A stretch of DNA of 32,000 nt. Source: Kineococcus radiotolerans SRS30216 = ATCC BAA-149 (GTDB lineage: Bacteria > Actinomycetota > Actinomycetes > Actinomycetales > Kineococcaceae). The stretch spans positions 3,390,001 through 3,422,000 of the forward strand of contig NC_009664.2 in the NCBI RefSeq assembly GCF_000017305.1. Direction: 5' to 3'. The notes below the pieces were generated by a model. The model did not search any database, was not told the DNA's origin, and worked only from the letters and a program-made list of their open reading frames with translations. This document shows, in pieces, positions 26,354 to 32,000 of this stretch. A program made the position numbers and the translations under genes. The stretch's first letter is position 1, and the number at the start of each line of letters is the position of its first letter.

Positions 26354-28507
26354 TCAGGTCAGGTCGAGGCCGGTGACCCGGGCGGCGAAGGCGAGGGTGT
26401 CGCGCACCAGCCCCGCGCTGCGGGACACCGAGCGGGCACCGTGCCCCACGTCGCCCTCCCGGCGCAACAGCACCGGCCGGGTCGCCGGGTCCGAGGAGGT
26501 CGCGTGCTGCAGGGCCGCGCACAGCTTGCGGGCGTGCAGGGGGTCCACCCGGCTGTCCCCGTCGAAGACGGTGAACAGCACCGCCGGGTACGCCGTCCCC
26601 TCCACCACCCGGTGGTAGGGGGAGTAGGCGTGCAGCCACCCGAACTCCACCGGGTCCGCGGCGCTGCCGTACTCCTCGCTCCACGTCGCGCCCAGCCCGT
26701 GCTGCTCGTAGCGGACCATGTCCAGCAGCGGCGCGCTGCACACCACCCCCGCGAACAGCGACGGCTCCTGGGTCGCCGCGGCGCCCACGAGCAGACCGCC
26801 GTTGGACCCGCCGTGCACGCACAGCTGCGCCGGGGTGGTGAAGCCCTCGCGCACCAGGAACCGGGCCGCGGCGTGGAAGTCGTCGAAGACGTCCTGCTTG
26901 TGCTCGCGCATCCCCGCCCGGTGCCAGTCCTCGCCCTCCTCGCCGCCGCCGCGCAGGTTCGCCACGGCGTAGGCGCCGCCGGCCTCCACCCAGGCCAGCG
27001 CGTCGGGGGCGTAGTGCGGGGAGAGGCTGATGCCGAAGCCGCCGTAGCCGTAGAGGATCGTCGGCACCGGGGCGCTGGGGACGCCGTCGGCGTCGAGCAG
27101 GTCCGCGCGCACGGTCAGCTGCAGGCGCACGGTGGTGCCGTCCGGGCTGGGGTACTCCAGCAGCCGGCTGAGCACCGGCGGGACCCGCACGGCCCCCGGC
27201 GGGGCGGACTCCAGGGACAGCTCGTGGGTGCGGGCGTCGAAGCGCCACACGTGCGCGGGGGTGGTGGCGTCGGTGTAGCCGAACCACAGCTCGTGCCCGG
27301 GCTCGGGACGGGCGACGAGACCGCCGATGGACCCCGTCCCCGGCAGCTCCACCCGGCCCCGCGCACCCTCCAGCCGCGCGCCCGTCGCCAGGTCGTGCAC
27401 GGTCACCGAGCTGACGGCGTGCTCGGTCCAGCCCACCACCAGCAGCGGGCGGGGGAGCTCCGGACCGTCGAGCACGGCCACGTCGTCGAGGAGGGCCTCC
27501 GCCTGCGGCACCAGGTCGCGCCAGTGCTCCACCTCCGGCGCGGAGGGGTCGGCGACGGCCAGGCGCCCGCGGGGGGCGTCGAGGTCGGTGAACACGTACA
27601 GCCGCCCGTCGCGGCCCACCCACGCGCTGGTGCTCGCGTCCCGCCCCGCCACGACCGTCCGGAACGCCGGCGCGGCCGGGTCGGAGGCCGACAGGTCCGC
27701 CAGCCACACGTCGTTGCGCGGGGCGGTGCCGTCGGAGGCGCTGACCACCAGCCAGCGCCCGTCGCGGGAGGTCCAGACCCCGTAGTAGTTCGTCCTCGAC
27801 ATCCCCTCGCCGAACACCTCGACGTCCTCGGCGGGGTCGGTGCCCAGCCGGTGCAGGTACACCCGCCGGTGGTACTGCCGCTCGTCGGCGGGCACGGCCT
27901 CGGGGGGCAGCCGGCGCACGTAGTAGAACGACCGCTCCCCGCCGGCGCCCGCGGGCAGCCACGCGATCGGGGAGTAGCGCGCGCGGTCCACCGGCCCGTC
28001 GACCACATCGCCGGAGGCGACGTCGAGCACCCGCAGGACGCTCTCCTCGCTGCCGCCCTCGGAGAGCTGGTAGGCGACCAGGTCGCCCTCGACGCTGGGC
28101 CGCCAGCCGTCCAGGGTCGTCGTGCCCGAGGGGTCCAGCGCCACCGGGTCCACCAGCGTCCGGGGCGCGGCGCCGGGGTCCTGCACCTGCAGCACGGCGT
28201 GCTCGGCGGCCGGGTCGCGCCGGGTGCGGAACACCCGCTCCCCGCGGTGCACGGGGGTGCCGACCGACCCCGTCGCCATGAGCTCGCGCACCCGCCGCTC
28301 CAGCCGCTCCCGGCCCGGCAGGGTCGCGGCGAACGCCTCCCACGCCTCGTCCTGCCACGCCGACCAGGCCCGGGTCCGCTCGTCGTCGGCGTCCTCCAGC
28401 CAGCGGTAGGGGTCGGGCACGGGCACCCCGTGCAGGACGTCGACGAGGTCCAGGCGCGGAGCGGGGGCCGCACCCGGGGAGGACGGCGCGGGGCTCGGGG
28501 TGCTCAT
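26354..28507 (-). CDS. Prolyl oligopeptidase (S9A serine peptidase)
   Basis: 717 aa. N-terminal VPDPYRWLED, a long beta-propeller region, catalytic serine motif GGSNGGLL, C-terminal GHG. Confidence 0.93.
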   Translation of the reverse strand: MSTPSPAPSSPGAAPAPRLDLVDVLHGVPVPDPYRWLEDADDERTRAWSAWQDEAWEAFAATLPGRERLERRVRELMATGSVGTPVHRGERVFRTRRDPAAEHAVLQVQDPGAAPRTLVDPVALDPSGTTTLDGWRPSVEGDLVAYQLSEGGSEESVLRVLDVASGDVVDGPVDRARYSPIAWLPAGAGGERSFYYVRRLPPEAVPADERQYHRRVYLHRLGTDPAEDVEVFGEGMSRTNYYGVWTSRDGRWLVVSASDGTAPRNDVWLADLSASDPAAPAFRTVVAGRDASTSAWVGRDGRLYVFTDLDAPRGRLAVADPSAPEVEHWRDLVPQAEALLDDVAVLDGPELPRPLLVVGWTEHAVSSVTVHDLATGARLEGARGRVELPGTGSIGGLVARPEPGHELWFGYTDATTPAHVWRFDARTHELSLESAPPGAVRVPPVLSRLLEYPSPDGTTVRLQLTVRADLLDADGVPSAPVPTILYGYGGFGISLSPHYAPDALAWVEAGGAYAVANLRGGGEEGEDWHRAGMREHKQDVFDDFHAAARFLVREGFTTPAQLCVHGGSNGGLLVGAAATQEPSLFAGVVCSAPLLDMVRYEQHGLGATWSEEYGSAADPVEFGWLHAYSPYHRVVEGTAYPAVLFTVFDGDSRVDPLHARKLCAALQHATSSDPATRPVLLRREGDVGHGARSVSRSAGLVRDTLAFAARVTGLDLT

Positions 28508-28593
28508 GGGCGACCAGCCTAGGTCGGCCGCCCCCGCGCACCCCGGCCGACCGTGGGCGCGCCCCCGACCACGACCTCTGGCAGAGTCGCGGC

Positions 28594-30732
28594 GTGCCCT
28601 CCGACGTCGCCGACCCGGCTGTCCTCGCCGACCTCGCTGCAGCCTGCGGGGTCTCGGCGACCTTCACCGACTGGCAGGGGCGGGAGACGAACGTCCCCGC
28701 CACCACCACCTCCGCCGTCCTGACCGCCATGGGGTTCGACGTCGGCACCACCGCCGCCGCCCGGCGCGCCCTGCGCGAGGTCAAGCTCGCGCCGTGGCGG
28801 CGGGTGCTGCCGCCCGTCGTCGTCGCCCGCGAGGGCCGCGTCCACCACGTCCCCGTCCACGTCCCGCACGGGGACCCCGTCGACGTGGTCGTCGACCTCG
28901 AGGACGACGGGGGCTGGGCGCCGCTGCGCCAGGTCGACCGCTGGATCGACCCCGTCGACGTCGACGGCCGGCTCACCGGCCGCGCCACCTTCGAGCTGCC
29001 CGACGACCTGCCGCTGGGCTGGCACGTCCTGCGCGCCCGGACCCCGCAGGGGGAGACCGAGTGCCCCGTCGTCGTCACCCCCGACGTGCTGGAGCTGCCG
29101 CCGACGCTGCGCAGCGGCCGCAGCTGGGGGTACCAGGCCCAGCTGTACTCGGTGCGCTCCTCGCGCTCGTGGGGCATCGGCGACCTCGCCGACCTCGCCG
29201 AGCTGTCCGCCGTGGCCACCGCCCAGGGCGCGGGCTGGATCCTCGTCAACCCGCTGGCCGCCGCCCAGCCCGTCCCGCCGATGGAGTCCTCCCCGTACCT
29301 GCCGACCACCCGGCGGTTCGTGAACCCGGTGTACCTGCGCGTCGAGGACGTCCGCGAGGTCGCCTACCTCTCCGCGCAGGACCGCGCGCTGGTGGAGCGG
29401 CTGGCCGGCGGGGTCCGCCCCGCGGTGCGCGACGCCGGGGAGATCGACCGCGACCGCGCCTGGGCCGCCAAGCTCCAGGCCCTCGAGGTCGTCCACGCCC
29501 AGGGCCGCACCCCCGCCCGCGAGGCCGCCTTCCGGCGCTACGTCGCCTCGGAGGAGCCGGGCCTGACCGGCTTCGCCACGTGGTGCGCGCTGGCCGAGCG
29601 GTTCGGGCTCCCCGCCTCGCAGTGGCCGCCGGAGGCCGCCGACCTCGCCGCCGTCGAGGCCTCCGGGCTGGCGGCGGAGCTCGCCGAGCGCGTGGACTTC
29701 CACCGCTGGCTGCAGTGGCAGTGCGACGAGCAGCTGGCCACCGCCCAGGACGCCGCGACCGCCCCGGGCACCGGCCCGGGCATCGTGCACGACCTCGCCG
29801 TCGGCGTGCACCCCGACGGCGCCGACGTCTGGTCGCTGGGCGACGCCCTCGCCCACGGCGTCAGCGTGGGCGCGCCCCCGGACGCCTTCAACCAGCAGGG
29901 CCAGGACTGGAGCCAGCCGCCGTGGCGGCCCGACCGCCTCGCCGACCTCGCCTACGCGCCCTTCCGCGACATGGTCCGCACGATCCTGCGCCACGCCGGG
30001 GGCCTGCGCGTCGACCACGTCCTCGGGCTCTTCCGGCTGTGGTGGATCCCGCAGGGCGCCCCGCCCTCGGAGGGCACCTACGTCCGCTACGACCACGAGG
30101 CCCTCATCGGGATCCTCGCCCTGGAGGCCCAGCGCGCCGGCGCCGTCCTCGTCGGCGAGGACCTCGGCACCGTCGAGCCCTGGGTGCGCGACTACCTCGC
30201 CGACCGCGGCATCCTCGGCAGCGCCGTCCTCTGGTTCGAGTACGACGGCAAGGAGCCGAAGGCCCCCGAGGACTTCCGCGAGCTCGCCCTGGCCAGCGTC
30301 ACCGTCCACGACCTGCCCCCCACCGCGGGCTACCTCGCCCAGGAGCACGTCGCGCTGCGCGACCGGCTCGGCCTGCTGACCCGCCCGGTCGCGGAGGAGC
30401 GGGCCGCCGACGCCGCCGAGCAGGAACGCATCCTCGGCCTCGTCCGCGACCGCGGGCTGCTGGCCCCCGGGGCCGACGAGCGGAGCACCGTCGAGGCCCT
30501 GCACCGCTACCTCGCGCTGTCGCCCTCGCTCATGGTCGGGGTCTCCCTCGTCGACGCCGTGGGCGACCGCCGCACCCAGAACCAGCCGGGCACGTCCTCG
30601 GAGTACCCCAACTGGCGGATGCCGCTGACCGGACCCGACGGCGAGGTGGTCCTGCTCGACGACCTCCCCGGCCACGCCCGGGCGCGGTCGCTGGCCCGGA
30701 CCGTCCAGGAGGCGCTCGCCGAGCGCGACTGA
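28594..30732 (+). CDS. malQ: 4-alpha-glucanotransferase (GH77 amylomaltase), long actinobacterial form
   Basis: 712 aa. SPYLPTTRRFVNPVYL, LRVDHVLGLFRLWWIP, VGEDLGTV, TVHDLPP, TSSEYPNWRMPL. Confidence 0.93.
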   Translation: MPSDVADPAVLADLAAACGVSATFTDWQGRETNVPATTTSAVLTAMGFDVGTTAAARRALREVKLAPWRRVLPPVVVAREGRVHHVPVHVPHGDPVDVVVDLEDDGGWAPLRQVDRWIDPVDVDGRLTGRATFELPDDLPLGWHVLRARTPQGETECPVVVTPDVLELPPTLRSGRSWGYQAQLYSVRSSRSWGIGDLADLAELSAVATAQGAGWILVNPLAAAQPVPPMESSPYLPTTRRFVNPVYLRVEDVREVAYLSAQDRALVERLAGGVRPAVRDAGEIDRDRAWAAKLQALEVVHAQGRTPAREAAFRRYVASEEPGLTGFATWCALAERFGLPASQWPPEAADLAAVEASGLAAELAERVDFHRWLQWQCDEQLATAQDAATAPGTGPGIVHDLAVGVHPDGADVWSLGDALAHGVSVGAPPDAFNQQGQDWSQPPWRPDRLADLAYAPFRDMVRTILRHAGGLRVDHVLGLFRLWWIPQGAPPSEGTYVRYDHEALIGILALEAQRAGAVLVGEDLGTVEPWVRDYLADRGILGSAVLWFEYDGKEPKAPEDFRELALASVTVHDLPPTAGYLAQEHVALRDRLGLLTRPVAEERAADAAEQERILGLVRDRGLLAPGADERSTVEALHRYLALSPSLMVGVSLVDAVGDRRTQNQPGTSSEYPNWRMPLTGPDGEVVLLDDLPGHARARSLARTVQEALAERD

Positions 30733-30738
30733 CGCGGC

Positions 30739-30768
30739 CGGGACGGTTCCCCCCCGGGCACCGTCCCG
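30739..30768 (+). terminator. Hairpin 7 nt downstream of the malQ stop (possible terminator)
   Basis: CGGGACGGT (30739-30747) pairs with ACCGTCCCG (30760-30768), giving a 9-bp stem with a 12-nt C/G loop. No U-tract. Confidence 0.35.
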
Positions 30769-30915
30769 ACCGGTTCCGCCCGGGCCGGGACCCGCTTCCC
30801 CCCGGAACGGGCCCCGGCGCTCCCCCCTCGGGCAGGACCACCGTGGCAGGTGCGCCTTGCGGCGGGCTTGCGAGACCCTCTCCGCGGACCCGCCCCGCGC
30901 GGGCGGCCGGGTCGC

Positions 30916-30921
30916 TACGGT
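30916..30921 (+). promoter_or_regulatory. -10-like hexamer TACGGT, 6 nt upstream of GTG 30928
   Basis: TANNNT match with the 6-nt spacer GTGCCC. This geometry favours GTG 30928 over the in-frame GTG 30922 as the start. Confidence 0.35.
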
Positions 30922-30927
30922 GTGCCC

Positions 30928-32000
30928 GTGCGCTCCGGGGTCGCGGTGCGGGTGCTCGGCGCCCTCGAGGTCGGTTCATCCACGCAGGCGTCCGTGCTGC
31001 CGCCCACGCTGCGCACCGTGCTGGCCGCGCTCGTGGTCGACGCCGGGCACGTCGTGCCCGCCTCCGTGCTCGCCGAGCGGGTCTGGGACGAGGCGGGGAT
31101 CCGGCCGGCCACCTCCACGCTGCACAGCTCCGTGTCCCGGCTGCGCCGGCTGCTCGAACCCGGCGCCGGCCCCTGGCAGGTGCTGGTCACCCGCGCCCCC
31201 GGCTACCGGCTCGCCCTGGCGCCGGAGGCCCTGGACGCCGCCCGCTTCGAGCAGCTGCTGCGCCGCGCGCTGGCCGCCGCGGACACCGACCCGGGCGGGG
31301 CGCGCGCCGACGTCGCCGACGCGCTGGCGCTGTGGCGCGGCCCGGCCTACGCCGACGTCGAGGCCGGCTTCGCCCGCCAGGAGGCCCGTCGCCTGGAGAA
31401 CCTCCGGCTGGAGGGCCTGGAGCTGGCCGCCCGCCTGGACCTCGTGCTCGGCCGGCACCGGGAGGTCGTCCCCGACCTCGAGGAGCTGGTGCTGGCCCAC
31501 CCGCTGCGCGAGGAGCTGCGCGCCGCGCTCGTGCTCGCGCTCTACCGGTGCGGGCGCCAGGCCGACGCCTTGCAGGCCTTCGAGGACGGCCGGCGGCTGC
31601 TCGCCGACGAGCTGGGCATCGACCCCGGCCCGCAGCTGCGCCGGCTGCACGAGGCGGTGCTGCGCCAGGACCCCGCGCTGGAGGCCCCCGTCGTCCCGGC
31701 GGCCGACCCCCCGTCCCCGCCGTCGTCGCCGTCGTCCCCGGGGGCCGGGGACGACGGCGACGTCCCGGCCCGCACCCCGGTGCGCACCTCCACGAGCGCG
31801 CTGCCGCTAGCCACCACCGAGCTGCTCGGGCGCGCGGAGGACCTGCAGCGGCTGCTGGAGCTGCTGGAGCAGGCGCGGCTGGTGACGCTCACCGGCACCG
31901 GGGGCGTGGGCAAGACCCGGCTGGCCGCCGCGGCCGCCGAAGCCGCCGCCGAGCGCTTCGAGGGCGGCACCGTCCTGGTGCCGCTGGCTACCCTCGACGA
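30928..32000 (+). CDS. AfsR/SARP-family regulator (OmpR-type wHTH + BTAD + NB-ARC-like P-loop ATPase), 3' end truncated by window edge
   Basis: This frame is not in the ORF track because no stop occurs in the window. Its translation reads VRVLGALEV...VLAERVWDE...LHSSVSRLRRLL...GYRL (wHTH), ALWRGPAYADV...LRAALVLALYRCGRQADALQAFEDGRRLLADELGIDPGPQLRRLHEAVL (BTAD), then GTGGVGKT (31894-31917). Confidence 0.88.
   Translation, partial: MRSGVAVRVLGALEVGSSTQASVLPPTLRTVLAALVVDAGHVVPASVLAERVWDEAGIRPATSTLHSSVSRLRRLLEPGAGPWQVLVTRAPGYRLALAPEALDAARFEQLLRRALAAADTDPGGARADVADALALWRGPAYADVEAGFARQEARRLENLRLEGLELAARLDLVLGRHREVVPDLEELVLAHPLREELRAALVLALYRCGRQADALQAFEDGRRLLADELGIDPGPQLRRLHEAVLRQDPALEAPVVPAADPPSPPSSPSSPGAGDDGDVPARTPVRTSTSALPLATTELLGRAEDLQRLLELLEQARLVTLTGTGGVGKTRLAAAAAEAAAERFEGGTVLVPLATLD

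Overview
Very GC-rich DNA (by eye well above 70% G+C, with third codon positions almost saturated with G/C) from an actinobacterial chromosome. The exact taxon cannot be determined from the sequence alone. The window is almost fully occupied by 24 protein genes (the first and last cut by the window edges) and one tRNA-Arg(UCU). Gene order: HNH endonuclease (partial) | single-chain TMD-NBD-TMD-NBD ABC exporter -> small unknown protein -> S4-type RNA-binding protein | epoxide-hydrolase-like alpha/beta hydrolase | secreted PKD + 3xCWB2 wall-binding protein | tRNA-Arg | EamA transporter | membrane GGDEF-EAL -> CelD-like GNAT | EttA | membrane GGDEF | TesB | quinone-oxidoreductase-like MDR | GH13 alpha-glucosidase | GTP-dependent PEP carboxykinase <-> RamB/PrpR-like regulator | RutE-like nitroreductase <-> HxlR | YbjT-like SDR/DUF2867 -> truncated haemoglobin GlbO | MscS | prolyl oligopeptidase <-> MalQ | AfsR/SARP-NB-ARC regulator (partial). 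I saw no CRISPR array, IS/transposase, integrase, prophage, rRNA, or recognisable biosynthetic or defence core enzyme. This reads as conserved core chromosome; from memory, glbO, aglA and ettA also lie close together in Mycobacterium tuberculosis. I could not identify a clear-cut novel multi-gene system. The items most worth a second look are: (1) two c-di-GMP enzymes that share one unnamed polytopic membrane sensor domain and bracket a CelD-like GNAT and ettA; (2) a YbjT-like NAD(P)-binding protein translationally coupled to GlbO, as a candidate cognate reductase; (3) a perfect 40-bp nested palindrome filling most of the mscS/SDR intergenic gap; (4) a possible ABC-exporter/small-protein/S4 chain of overlapping genes; (5) a recurrent TANNNT-N6-GTG geometry implying many leaderless mRNAs. 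Most very long ORFs in the six-frame track are GC-driven shadow ORFs.
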